Positions 22,332 through 33,914 of a stretch of 64,000 bases of DNA are shown piece after piece (position 1 is the first letter of the stretch; each line of letters opens with the position of its first letter). The notes below the pieces were generated by a model that worked only from the letters and a program-made list of their open reading frames with translations, had not been told where the DNA came from and searched no databases. Both the position numbers and the translations under genes were made by a program. This DNA comes from an uncultured delta proteobacterium (GTDB lineage: Bacteria > Myxococcota_A > Polyangia > Polyangiales > B10-G4), in NCBI GenBank assembly GCA_963727445.1, contig CAVSGI010000002.1:96001-160000 (forward strand), written 5' to 3'.

Positions 22332-23960
22332 ATGCGCGCTCTGGGCGCCCTCATCTGTCTTGCCGTCGCGCTCCTCACGCCTGGGTCCGCCCGTGCATGG
22401 ACCGAAGCGAACGTTTCGAGCGTGAGCGCCGACGTCGACGTCGACGCGAGCGGCCACGCGCAGGTGACATTGCTGCTGACGGTGCGCATCGGCGGCGGCT
22501 GGCTCTCGGGTCTCGACCTCGACGGTCTGGATCCCGATCTGGTCCTCGACGAGGCCAAGCCACCGTGGGCGATGTCGGCCGACGATCCGACTCAGACGTG
22601 GACGCCGACCGTTCGCGTTCGCGAAGAGGGCGGCGTGCGACTGGGCTTCGGCGGCCGCGGCTCGCCGCGGCGCGGCACGCTCCTCGTCGGCCTCAGCTAC
22701 GCGACCGAGCTCGCCGGTCGCGGCACGACGCCCATCGACGACGGGCAGGTGCGGGTGAGCTGGACGCTCCCGGGTTGGCGTGCGGGGCTCGACAACGTCG
22801 AGGTGAAGATTGCGACCCCCGAAGGAGCCGAGGTCGCGCCGTCGATGGAAGACGGGAGCGAAGCGGCCGATGACATCTCCGAGGAAGAGCGGCCCGGTCA
22901 CTCCGTGCACGTCTTTCGGCGGATCCATCTGCCGCGCACCATGCCGTGGACGGTCTCCGTCGATCTTCCGGCGGAGGCCCTCGACCCCGCGCTCCGCGGC
23001 CCGACGGTCGCGCTCCCGCACACCCCCGAGGCCCGGAGCGAGCCCGTCGAGGGCCCCGTCGCCGGCCTGGCGATGATCCTCCTGGTCGCCTTCCTCTCCC
23101 TCGCGTCCCGCGCCTCCTTCGCCTCCGCCTGTCGTGCCCGTGACCTTCGGCCGCGACCCCTGGTCGCGGGCCCCTTCTGGCTCATCCTGCCCGCCATCGC
23201 TGCGCTCGTCGCACTCGGCCAGCGTTTCGTCCTCGCCGAGCCCGCCGTCACCGTCGCCACCCTCGTCGCCATCGCGGCCGCCGCCATCCAGCGCGCGCCC
23301 CGAGCTCGGGCGGCCCTGCCCGCCCTTGGCGGCGGCCCGCTCGGACGCGAAGCGCTCGCGATCGCCAAACGTGAACGCTTCGCAGCGCATCTCATCGGCA
23401 CCCCGCTCCTCGATCTCACGACGCTCGGAGGCGCGGCGCTCTTCTTCGCAGCCGTGGCCGCGGCCCTCACCCTCGGCGACGAGCTGGGGCACACCCCCTC
23501 GGCGCTGTCGCTGGCCGCGGTGGGCCTGTCCACGATCCCTTTCCTCACGGCGACGCGCTTTCACCTGACCCGAGGCCGCGCCGAACGTCTCCTCCTGCTT
23601 CGCCGGCTGGCCGAGGAGTGGCGCGAGGCGGGGCCGATCGCGCTCCGCCTCTCGGAAGGACCCACGCTCTCGTTGATCCCCGCGGAAGAGGTCGATGGCC
23701 TGCTCCGCTTCGAGGTGGTGATCACCGAGCGGGCCGTGCTCGGCGGCTTCGACGCGGAGCCGGTGGTCCTGCTCTCGACCGCGGCCGAGAGCGAAGCCGA
23801 AGCGCGCCTGCTGCGAGGACAGATCCCTTCCCCCATTCCCGACGGCGAGGGCCGGCTCGTGCGCATCGTGCCGGCGCACCCCGCGCGCATCGCCGAGCTC
23901 GCGGAGCTCTTGAGCGCGCCCGCGCAAGAGTCCCCCGCGTCGCTACTCGCCGCCGCGTGA
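22332..23960 (+). CDS. Hypothetical membrane protein with N-terminal exported domain
   Basis: Signal peptide, beta-rich domain, several TM segments. Confidence 0.6.
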   Translation: MRALGALICLAVALLTPGSARAWTEANVSSVSADVDVDASGHAQVTLLLTVRIGGGWLSGLDLDGLDPDLVLDEAKPPWAMSADDPTQTWTPTVRVREEGGVRLGFGGRGSPRRGTLLVGLSYATELAGRGTTPIDDGQVRVSWTLPGWRAGLDNVEVKIATPEGAEVAPSMEDGSEAADDISEEERPGHSVHVFRRIHLPRTMPWTVSVDLPAEALDPALRGPTVALPHTPEARSEPVEGPVAGLAMILLVAFLSLASRASFASACRARDLRPRPLVAGPFWLILPAIAALVALGQRFVLAEPAVTVATLVAIAAAAIQRAPRARAALPALGGGPLGREALAIAKRERFAAHLIGTPLLDLTTLGGAALFFAAVAAALTLGDELGHTPSALSLAAVGLSTIPFLTATRFHLTRGRAERLLLLRRLAEEWREAGPIALRLSEGPTLSLIPAEEVDGLLRFEVVITERAVLGGFDAEPVVLLSTAAESEAEARLLRGQIPSPIPDGEGRLVRIVPAHPARIAELAELLSAPAQESPASLLAAA

Positions 23961-25763
23961 GCTCGGAAGCCGACTCCGAAGCTGGGTGAGCATGCCGACC
24001 CGCACCGGATTGCTCTGCTCCGCCATCGCCTCTTCCACCGGGCCGATCGCTTCCGGACCGTAGATGCGCACGATCAAGTCGCCGGCCGCGTCCGCCACCG
24101 CCGGGCTCTGCGCCATGCGGATGAGGTCGGGGAGCATGCGCCTGTCGCCGCGCGCCGACGGGTCGATCTCCATCGCCTGGCCATAGCGCTCGAGCGCGTC
24201 GGTGAAGTAGACGATGTCGACGAAATGGTGCGCGAGCACCAACGACGGCCGCGGGTCGTCGGGGAGCGCCCGCTGGATTTGGTAGATGCTGCGCCGATTG
24301 CGATTGGTGAGCCGCCGGCCTCGCCGCACCTTGCGGTGGTAACGGAGCAACGCGCGGGGCAGCGGGCGCCGGAAGGGGTCACGCGCCCTCGGCCACTCGG
24401 CGCCGAAGTCGAGACCAGAGACCGGCTCCTCCTCTTCCCCTTCGAGGGCGGTCTCCTCGGGATTGACCTCGAGAGCCAGATCCTCGGGCGCGAGCTCGTC
24501 GAGGTCCGACAGGTCCTCTTCCTCGCCCGGAACGATGACCTCTTCCTCCTCTTCCTCCTCGACGTCCTCGCCCTCCGCGGTGGGGGCCTCGGGGGTCTGG
24601 TCCGTGCCGCCGCCGGCATCCTCGTCGCCCTCCGGCGGCCAAAAGACGAGCACCGCGGCGATGAGCAGGAGGACGATCCCGATCCCGATGGCTCCGAAGC
24701 GGATCAGCCGTCGCACGTCGACCTCGTCGTTTGCCACCGTCTCGCTCTGCGAGACCTCCTCGGTCGGCACCATGGTGGGCGCGTCGGAGTTGACGTTCAT
24801 GCGACCCTGGACCTCTCCCGAAGCCGCGAGGGGATTGAAGGTCGCCGGCGGAGAGGGCAGCGCGTCGAGCGCTTCGAGCATCACGCCGGCGTTGTCGAAG
24901 CGATCCTGCCGCTCCTTCTGCATCGACTTTTCGAGGAAGGCGCGGAGCTCGGGCGTGAGGATCAAGCCGGCGCGGGCCGCTTCGGCGTCGGGCATGGGCT
25001 CGAGCAGGTGCGCGCGAAGCATCTCGGCCCGCGTCGGCGCCTCGTAGGGGTAGCGACCGGTGAGGATCTCGTAGAAGAGAACCCCCGCCGAATAGACGTC
25101 GGCGCGTACGTCCACCGACGACCCCGTCGCCTGCTCTGGCGACATGTACGCGGGCGTGCCGAGAATGGTGCCGCTCTTGGTGAGCGTGGGGTCGGCCTCG
25201 CCCTGCTCGGTCGTGAAGATCTTCGCCAGACCGAAGTCGAGGATCTTCACGTGGTGCGGCGCGTCGGGGAGCGCCTGCAGGAACACGTTGGCCGCCTTGA
25301 GGTCGCGGTGGACGATCCCCTTTTCGTGGGCGAAGGCCAGCCCGCGCAGGATCTGCCGCTGGATCTCCATCGCCAACTCGATCTCGGGCGGGCCGTCGTC
25401 GTCGATCAGATCGGCGAGGGTTCGCCCGGTGAGCAGCTCCATCACCAGGTAGGGCATCCCATCGCTGATGCCGTAGTCGTTGACGCTGACCACGTTGGGA
25501 TGACTCAGCGCCGAGAGCGCCTGCCCTTCGCGCTCGAAGCGCCGCCTCAGCTCGTCGATGTTGCCGAGCTTCTCGTGCAGCACCTTGATCGCCACGCGGC
25601 GCTGAAGCTTCAGGTGCTCCGCGCGGTACACCACCCCCACACCGCCAGTCCCCAGCACGTCTTCGATGCGGTATCGACCGTCGATGACCTTGCCGATGAG
25701 GGGATCGGCTGACCAGGAGGGCACCTCCTTTTCGGCGGCCCCCCCGGTGGAGCTGCGCGACAT
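23943..25763 (-). CDS. Membrane Ser/Thr protein kinase (Hanks type)
   Basis: LGTGGVGVVY, VAIK, HRDLKAAN, DFG, GTPAYMSPEQ; TM, acidic linker, TPR-like C-terminus. Confidence 0.95.
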   Translation of the reverse strand: MSRSSTGGAAEKEVPSWSADPLIGKVIDGRYRIEDVLGTGGVGVVYRAEHLKLQRRVAIKVLHEKLGNIDELRRRFEREGQALSALSHPNVVSVNDYGISDGMPYLVMELLTGRTLADLIDDDGPPEIELAMEIQRQILRGLAFAHEKGIVHRDLKAANVFLQALPDAPHHVKILDFGLAKIFTTEQGEADPTLTKSGTILGTPAYMSPEQATGSSVDVRADVYSAGVLFYEILTGRYPYEAPTRAEMLRAHLLEPMPDAEAARAGLILTPELRAFLEKSMQKERQDRFDNAGVMLEALDALPSPPATFNPLAASGEVQGRMNVNSDAPTMVPTEEVSQSETVANDEVDVRRLIRFGAIGIGIVLLLIAAVLVFWPPEGDEDAGGGTDQTPEAPTAEGEDVEEEEEEEVIVPGEEEDLSDLDELAPEDLALEVNPEETALEGEEEEPVSGLDFGAEWPRARDPFRRPLPRALLRYHRKVRRGRRLTNRNRRSIYQIQRALPDDPRPSLVLAHHFVDIVYFTDALERYGQAMEIDPSARGDRRMLPDLIRMAQSPAVADAAGDLIVRIYGPEAIGPVEEAMAEQSNPVRVGMLTQLRSRLPSSRGGE

Positions 25764-25820
25764 GCGCGAATGATACCGTGCCCAGGCCCCAGGCTGAATG
25801 CCTGGTGATAGGTTGCCCCC

Positions 25821-26147
25821 ATGATCGCCTACACCGTGCGCTGCGCCTTCGAGGACCCCGAAGTGGCCCGACAGTGGACCGAATGGCTGGTCTCGGAGCA
25901 TCTGAGCGACGTGATGGCCGCCGGCGCCTCCGCCGCCGAGCTGGTCCGCCTGGACGGCGACCCCGGGGCCGTGGTGCTCGAGGCCCGCTACCGCTTCGAC
26001 AGCCGAGAAGCATTCGAACGCTACGAGCGCGAGGAGGCTCCGCGCCTTCGCGACGAGGGGCTCCGGCTCTTCCCCCTCTCGCTGGGCCTTTCCTACACCC
26101 GCTCGGTGGGGGAGATCCTCAGCCCCGCTCCCCGAGCACGGCCATGA
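25821..26147 (+). CDS. DUF4286-like small protein
   Basis: IAYTV..WTEWL..EHLSDV and YEREEAPRLR pattern. Confidence 0.65.
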   Translation: MIAYTVRCAFEDPEVARQWTEWLVSEHLSDVMAAGASAAELVRLDGDPGAVVLEARYRFDSREAFERYEREEAPRLRDEGLRLFPLSLGLSYTRSVGEILSPAPRARP

Positions 26148-26910
26148 GCAGGTCCGGCCGGTCGCTCATGAGGGCGTCCACGTCGAGCAACAAGAGGCGC
26201 CGCATCTCGCGTTCGTCGTCGATGGTCCAGACGTGTACCTGGACGCCGTGGCGGTGGGCGGCGGAGACGAAACGGCGATCGACGACCTCGAGGCCGGACC
26301 AACGGGGCGGCACCTGAAGCGCCTCGAAGTCCCAGGCCCGCAGACGGTCGAGCCCCGCCCTGCTCGCGAGCCAGAAGTCGAGCACACCGGCGAAGCCCGG
26401 GCTGGTGGGCACCCGGCCGCGCGAGAGCGTGCGGAAGGCGTCTCCCCACTTCTGATTCGCCGCCGCCACCAGCACCCGGTCGTGGATGCCCCGCGCCTCG
26501 ATGAAGTCCCAGAGCTCGAGCGCCATCGGATGCTTCATCTCGAGGTTGAAGAAGAGGTCCTCGAAGCGCTCGAGCGCTTCCGAGAACGTCGGGATCCGCA
26601 CGCCCTTACCGCGAAAGGGATGGCCTCCCTCGATCGCTTCGAAGCGGTAGCCCGCGTCGAGGCGCGAGAGCTCGGTGAGCGTCATGTCGCGGATGGCCCC
26701 GCTCCCGTCGGTGGTTCGATCGACGCGCGCGTCGTGATGGATCACCAGGTGGCCGTCGCGGGTGCGATGGAGATCGGTCTCGATGTGCGTGAACCCCAGC
26801 TCCGCGGCGCCGGCGAAGGCCTCGAGGGTGTTCTCGGGAAAGAGGAGGCTCCCGCCCCGATGGGCGAAGCCGAAGGGTCGTGGCCCCGACAGGTACGGAT
26901 AACGCCCCAC
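26119..26910 (-). CDS. Glycerophosphodiester phosphodiesterase
   Basis: FAHRGG..PENTL, ETDLHRTRDG..HD, HVWTID, SDRPD. Confidence 0.93.
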   Translation of the reverse strand: MGRYPYLSGPRPFGFAHRGGSLLFPENTLEAFAGAAELGFTHIETDLHRTRDGHLVIHHDARVDRTTDGSGAIRDMTLTELSRLDAGYRFEAIEGGHPFRGKGVRIPTFSEALERFEDLFFNLEMKHPMALELWDFIEARGIHDRVLVAAANQKWGDAFRTLSRGRVPTSPGFAGVLDFWLASRAGLDRLRAWDFEALQVPPRWSGLEVVDRRFVSAAHRHGVQVHVWTIDDEREMRRLLLLDVDALMSDRPDLLMAVLGERG

Positions 26911-26925
26911 GATTCTCGATGCCGG

Positions 26926-27393
26926 CTACATGCAGGTGATGTCGGTCGTGTCGATCATCGCGACGTCGAATTCGCCCATGCTGCTCGGCATGGAGGCGTC
27001 GCGATGCTCCCACTGGACCACCACCGTCGCGCTCGCCGCGCTGCACAGGGTCGCGTCGGCGTCGGGGTTGGCCGTGGTGCCGACGAGGACCACGTCCTGG
27101 CTCTCCCCCGGTGAGAGCGTTCCATCGAAGCCGGCTGGTCGGTCGAGGTTCACGCTGGCGGCCGGCGCATCGGCGACGCGGATGTCGGCCCGCGGCACGA
27201 TGAACGTACGTGGGCCGAGCGCGTGAGCGCCCACCCGAAAGCTCACGTCCATCATCACCGACGCCACCGCATCGGCCCCGGTCCCCGTCACCATCACCGA
27301 CGCACTCTGTATCTCCGCCGCCACCCCGAGCTCGGTGTCGACCGAGCAGGAGGACGCGAGGAGCAGAACGGCGAGGACAGTCGCGCCCCGCAT
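26926..27393 (-). CDS. Hypothetical lipoprotein
   Basis: MRGATVLAVLLLASSC signal; TGATG coupling to the upstream gene. Confidence 0.65.
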   Translation of the reverse strand: MRGATVLAVLLLASSCSVDTELGVAAEIQSASVMVTGTGADAVASVMMDVSFRVGAHALGPRTFIVPRADIRVADAPAASVNLDRPAGFDGTLSPGESQDVVLVGTTANPDADATLCSAASATVVVQWEHRDASMPSSMGEFDVAMIDTTDITCM

Positions 27394-27962
27394 CACGCCT
27401 TCATCGCGGCGACGCGGCTTTCCAAATGCGGCAGGATGCGGTCGATGTTCTTCACCTCGCGGTGAACCTCGTCCTCGTCCAGCTCCATGTCGAGCACCGC
27501 TTCCTGGACCGTGTCGTAGAGCCAGTTCGCGCCGTCCTCTTCGAGGCACTCGGGCGCCGAGTGACCCAGATGCGTCAGCTTGGGGCAGCCGTCCACCGCC
27601 TGGTCGAGGACGGTCACGAGCTCGTCGCCGAGAAACTCGCGCGTCGCCCGGAGCTGCTCGTCGAGGGGCTCGAAGAGCTCGGGCATCGCCTCGCGGTGTC
27701 GCGCCATCGCCTCGGCGTTGGTCTTCTCGACGCGCTCGAGCGAGAGGCGCAGGACCAACACGTCGTCGACGTGGGCGAGGATCCCGATCTGCCCCGGGAT
27801 GGCGTTGTGACCCGAGAGGACGTGGATCAACGCCCCCGCGAGCAGGACCCTCCCCTCCTCGGTGATCTCGGGATCCTCCACGATGCGGAGAACCGCCTTC
27901 ATGTCCTGGGGGAGCGAGAGAATCCCCTCGCTCATCACTTCACGGAACCGTGCCTCAGCCAT
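27393..27962 (-). CDS. DUF1232/YkvA-like protein
   Basis: AGALIHVLSGHNAIPGQIGILAHVDDVLVL resembles the DUF1232 motif. Confidence 0.6.
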   Translation of the reverse strand: MAEARFREVMSEGILSLPQDMKAVLRIVEDPEITEEGRVLLAGALIHVLSGHNAIPGQIGILAHVDDVLVLRLSLERVEKTNAEAMARHREAMPELFEPLDEQLRATREFLGDELVTVLDQAVDGCPKLTHLGHSAPECLEEDGANWLYDTVQEAVLDMELDEDEVHREVKNIDRILPHLESRVAAMKA

Positions 27963-27971
27963 CGTTTCTCG

Positions 27972-30029
<2,058 letters not shown>

Positions 30030-30151
30030 GGAAAGTGCGCGGCTTTTCGCTGCCCGCGACGTACCACGGACCCGCTCATGCGGTCAATCTTCGGCGAATT
30101 CGCCGCGCTGGCTGCCCCGGGTCTCGGTGAGGCCCCCCACGGTACGCGTCT

Positions 30152-31843
30152 TCAGTTACAGTTGCGCTGGACGAACTGATTGAAGCGCCGCGCGGCGGGG
30201 CTGGTGGGATAGCGGCTGATCACCTGCCGCATCAGATCGCAGGCGCGGTTCCGCTGCCCGGTCTCCCGATAGGCGTTGATGAGCGCCTCATACTCCCGGG
30301 GGCTGCCCGGATGGCGGAGATTCCGCACGATGCAGGCGTTGTAATTCGCCTCCGAGGTGCAATCGATCAGCGGGTTGCCCATCGTGGTCGGGGCGGTCAT
30401 GGTCGGCGGCGGGTTGGTCTCCTGCTGCTGCGTCATGCGGACCATGCTGTTGGTGTTCATGCGGGGATGGTGCTGCTCGGGCGGGGGCGTGACCGGATCG
30501 CGCACCATGGCCACCTCGGTCCCGCCCGCGTCGGCCCGCTCGATGATCGACTGGGCCTCCTCGAGGCTCGACTCGCTCACACCGACGCGGTTCTGGACCA
30601 TCTCCGCGTGGGTCCTGGCCTCTTCGACGTCGCCGGCGTCGAGCGCCTCCTCGGCCAGGCGGAGCCAGGCGCGCACCACGGCGTTGTTGGCGCGCTCCAC
30701 CTCCGGGTGCTGCCGGTAGCGGCTCTCCGCCGGCAGGTTGTCGAACTCCATCGCCGCATCCTCGAATTCGTTCTGAGCGAGGAAGGCCTGTCCGCGCTCG
30801 AAGGTGGGCTCTTCGGCGCGCATGCGCTCCGCCACGTCCTTGCAGGCGGCCGCTTCGGCGTGTCCGGGAGCCACCTCGAGCGCCGTCTGCGCCGCGGCGA
30901 CCGCCTCGGCCGGGGCCCAGCGATCGAGCGCGGAGCGACACTCGCTGATCAGCCCGTCGACGTTCGCCTCGCCCACGGCGGAGGTCTCGTTGATCGGTGT
31001 CGCGGTCGGACCGTCATCGTCGCCCCCGGTTCCGATGGCGAGGACGCCGGCCACGACCACGGCGACGCCGATGATCGCCACGGCCGCCACGATGGGCGCT
31101 TTGGACATGCCGGTCGAGAGATTGACCGGCTCCATCTGCACGGTGGCGTCGGAGTCGAAGACGTAGCTCTCGCCTTCGCCGACGTAGCGGAAGCGGACCT
31201 GTCCCAGCTCGAGCACGTCGCCCGGCGTGAGCGATGCTTCCTCGATCTCCCGGCCGTTGACGCGGACCCCGTTGGCGCTGCCCAGATCGATCACGCGGAA
31301 GTCACCACCCTCGCGCGCGATCTCGGCGTGCTCGCGCGAGATCGATCGGTGGTTCACCCATATCGGAAGATCTTCGGCGCGCCCGATGCGCTGCCGCTCG
31401 CGGGAGAGCGCGAACTCCGCGCCGGGGGCGGGCGGCGTCAGCATCACCAAACGCGCGGGCGGGCGCGGCTCCGCGGGCGACTCGATCATCGCGGTCGCGG
31501 CGTCGCTCACCTCACCCGCGCCGGCGACGGCGGCGGTGGGCGCGTCGGCGACCGCATCGGATTGCAGCGCGAGCACGTAGTCCCCGATGCCGAGCTGGTC
31601 ACCCGACTTCAGGTTGACGCGACCGTCGATGCGCCGACCGTTGACCTTCACTCCGTTGTACGAGTTCAGATCCTCGACGACGAATGCACCGTTCGCTTTG
31701 AGCAGCTTCGCGTGCTTGCGGGAGACGTTCCGCTCCGTCAGGCGGATCGTGTTCCCCTCTTTCCGGCCGATGGATATCTCATCGCGGACCAGGGGAACTA
31801 CGGTCGTCTTCCCTTCGTCGTCCGATATGACGAGCTTATACAT
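30152..31843 (-). CDS. Tandem FHA-domain membrane protein with TPR-like periplasmic part
   Basis: Two IGR...SR.HA...D..S.NGV.VNG motifs, one TM, helical repeats. Confidence 0.88.
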   Translation of the reverse strand: MYKLVISDDEGKTTVVPLVRDEISIGRKEGNTIRLTERNVSRKHAKLLKANGAFVVEDLNSYNGVKVNGRRIDGRVNLKSGDQLGIGDYVLALQSDAVADAPTAAVAGAGEVSDAATAMIESPAEPRPPARLVMLTPPAPGAEFALSRERQRIGRAEDLPIWVNHRSISREHAEIAREGGDFRVIDLGSANGVRVNGREIEEASLTPGDVLELGQVRFRYVGEGESYVFDSDATVQMEPVNLSTGMSKAPIVAAVAIIGVAVVVAGVLAIGTGGDDDGPTATPINETSAVGEANVDGLISECRSALDRWAPAEAVAAAQTALEVAPGHAEAAACKDVAERMRAEEPTFERGQAFLAQNEFEDAAMEFDNLPAESRYRQHPEVERANNAVVRAWLRLAEEALDAGDVEEARTHAEMVQNRVGVSESSLEEAQSIIERADAGGTEVAMVRDPVTPPPEQHHPRMNTNSMVRMTQQQETNPPPTMTAPTTMGNPLIDCTSEANYNACIVRNLRHPGSPREYEALINAYRETGQRNRACDLMRQVISRYPTSPAARRFNQFVQRNCN

Positions 31844-32012
31844 CCCGTCTATGGCCCCAATTCCGCACGGTTTTCCGCCGCTTGGAGAGCATGTTATCGA
31901 CGCCCCAAGCAGTGTCAACGCCCACGTGATTTCATCGTACCACGCACGCTCCTGATAGACCCACCTACCGGGGCGGGCCTTGGAGTGCCACGCTGGAGAT
32001 GGCCAGGGCGTG

Positions 32013-33461
32013 ATGAATCGTCGGAGTTGGTGGGAGATCTGGGCGCTCGGGGCGCTCGTCGCGGCGGGCGCCTGCGGCGAGGATCGCCCTCCCATGCCGC
32101 CCGTTCCCGATGGTGGGATGCGGCCCGATGGCGGCCTGGACTCCGGATCGGCGGACGCGACGCCGGCCCGGCAGGGGGACGCCGGCCCGGTCCTTCCACG
32201 CGCCGATCTGACGCTCGTGCTTCCTTATGAAGGCCCGGAGCAGGAGGTGAGCCTCGCCGTCATCGCCGACGCCGCCCGCTTCGACGTCCACTTCTCGATC
32301 GACACCACCGGCAGCTTCGGGGAGGAGATCGACACGATGCAGAGTGAGCTCCTGGACCGCGTGCTCCCCGGGATCCGGACCCGGATCGGCGATCTGGCGG
32401 TGGGCGTCAGCCGCTTCGAGGACTTCCCTGTCGCGCCGTACGGGGGCACCGAGGACCATCCCTTCACCCTGCTGACCCCGATCACCAACTCCGAATCCAA
32501 CGTGGGCGCGGCGATCGCCGCCCTCGACGATCCCCTGGGCAATGGAGGCGACGTGCCCGAGGCCACGGCCGAGGCGCTCTATCAGGTCGCCACCGGCGAA
32601 GGCCTGAGCAGCGGGGGCGTTCAATGGGTGCTGCCCTTCGGCCGGCGCGCCGCGCCCGGCGGCGGCGTGCTTGGCGGCGTCGGCTTTCGCGAAGGCTCGC
32701 TCCGCGCGGTGGTGCACGTGACCGACGCGCCGAGCCACGCGCCGGCCGACTACCTGCCGGACATCACGGGCGTGCACTCCCTGAGCGACGCGACCGATCG
32801 CCTGCGCGAGATGAACGTCGCGGTCCTCGGCATCGCGTCGGGCCGCGTCGCCCGCCCCGACCTCGAGAGGGTGGCGATCGACACCGGCGCGGTGGTCGCC
32901 CCCGTGAGCGGCGCCTGCGCCACCGGCGTCGACGGCGCGTCGAACCCCCCGGTCGATGGCGTGTGCCCGCTGGTCTTCGACATCACCCGCGACGGCACGG
33001 GCCTGTCCAACGCGATGGTGGACGCGCTCGTCGCGCTGCTCGACTCCGTGCGCTTCGACGAGGTCTACGGCGAGGCGGTGGACGACGATCTCGGCTTCGT
33101 CTCCGCGATCGAAGCGCGCTCCGCCACGGTGCCGGCAGGGACGACCGAGCCCGGCCGCGAAGATCGGCATCCCGCGGGCGACGACGTCCTCGACACCTTC
33201 GTCGACGTCCGCCCCGGCACCGGTCTCGAGCTGGTGGCGCGATTTCGAAACGACCTGCTCTCGCCCGAGGACTACGATCAGGTCTTCCGCGTCACCGTGC
33301 AGGTGCTTGGCGATGGCCTGGTGCTCGCGGAGCGGGTGGTGCGCGTGGTCGTGCCGCGCCATCGGCTCGACGCGGACGGCGGGATGGACGCCGGCGCTGA
33401 CGCTTCGGCGGATTCGGGCTCCGCGGACGCAGGCGACGGTGGTATGGGCGACTCGGGATGA
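32013..33461 (+). CDS. VWA (integrin beta I-like) domain lipoprotein
   Basis: Lipobox AGAC; MIDAS DTTGS; GGDVPEATAEAL; VTDAPSH. Confidence 0.8.
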   Translation: MNRRSWWEIWALGALVAAGACGEDRPPMPPVPDGGMRPDGGLDSGSADATPARQGDAGPVLPRADLTLVLPYEGPEQEVSLAVIADAARFDVHFSIDTTGSFGEEIDTMQSELLDRVLPGIRTRIGDLAVGVSRFEDFPVAPYGGTEDHPFTLLTPITNSESNVGAAIAALDDPLGNGGDVPEATAEALYQVATGEGLSSGGVQWVLPFGRRAAPGGGVLGGVGFREGSLRAVVHVTDAPSHAPADYLPDITGVHSLSDATDRLREMNVAVLGIASGRVARPDLERVAIDTGAVVAPVSGACATGVDGASNPPVDGVCPLVFDITRDGTGLSNAMVDALVALLDSVRFDEVYGEAVDDDLGFVSAIEARSATVPAGTTEPGREDRHPAGDDVLDTFVDVRPGTGLELVARFRNDLLSPEDYDQVFRVTVQVLGDGLVLAERVVRVVVPRHRLDADGGMDAGADASADSGSADAGDGGMGDSG

Positions 33462-33811
33462 GCGCTCGCGCTACGGCGGCAGCGGCACTGTTGCTCGTTT
33501 GTGTCTGCTGCACCGGCGGTCAGTGGAACGGCGGGATCATCGCCCGGCTGGCCTGGTCGGAGATGGGGGGCCTGCGCGCGGTGGAGGTGCCGGACAATGG
33601 CGCCGCCCATCGTGGGGGGCTCCGCTCGGGGGACCGCATCCTCTCCATCGACGGAGAGCCGGTCGCGGGCAGGACCGAGAAGGAAGTGGTCGAGGCCCTC
33701 CGCGGTGAGGTGGGCACCGAGGTGGTCCTCGAGGTCTCGCGCGATGGGGAGACCCTCGAGCTCCGCGTCGAACGGGCTCCGTACCGCCACCGGGGACCCG
33801 ACGGTGACTGA
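33458..33811 (+). CDS. PDZ-domain protein
   Basis: AAHRGGLRSGDRILSIDG..LRGEVGTEVVLEVSR; ATGA overlap. Confidence 0.85.
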   Translation: MSARATAAAALLLVCVCCTGGQWNGGIIARLAWSEMGGLRAVEVPDNGAAHRGGLRSGDRILSIDGEPVAGRTEKEVVEALRGEVGTEVVLEVSRDGETLELRVERAPYRHRGPDGD

Positions 33812-33914
33812 TCACGGCTCGGCCCCCCTGGTGGCTCGAGCGGCTGGATGGCTGAAGGTACCGACCGGGGGCGTTTCGTAGCGATCTCCTTTGTGCGGTG
33901 GGCGATTAGGCGCT

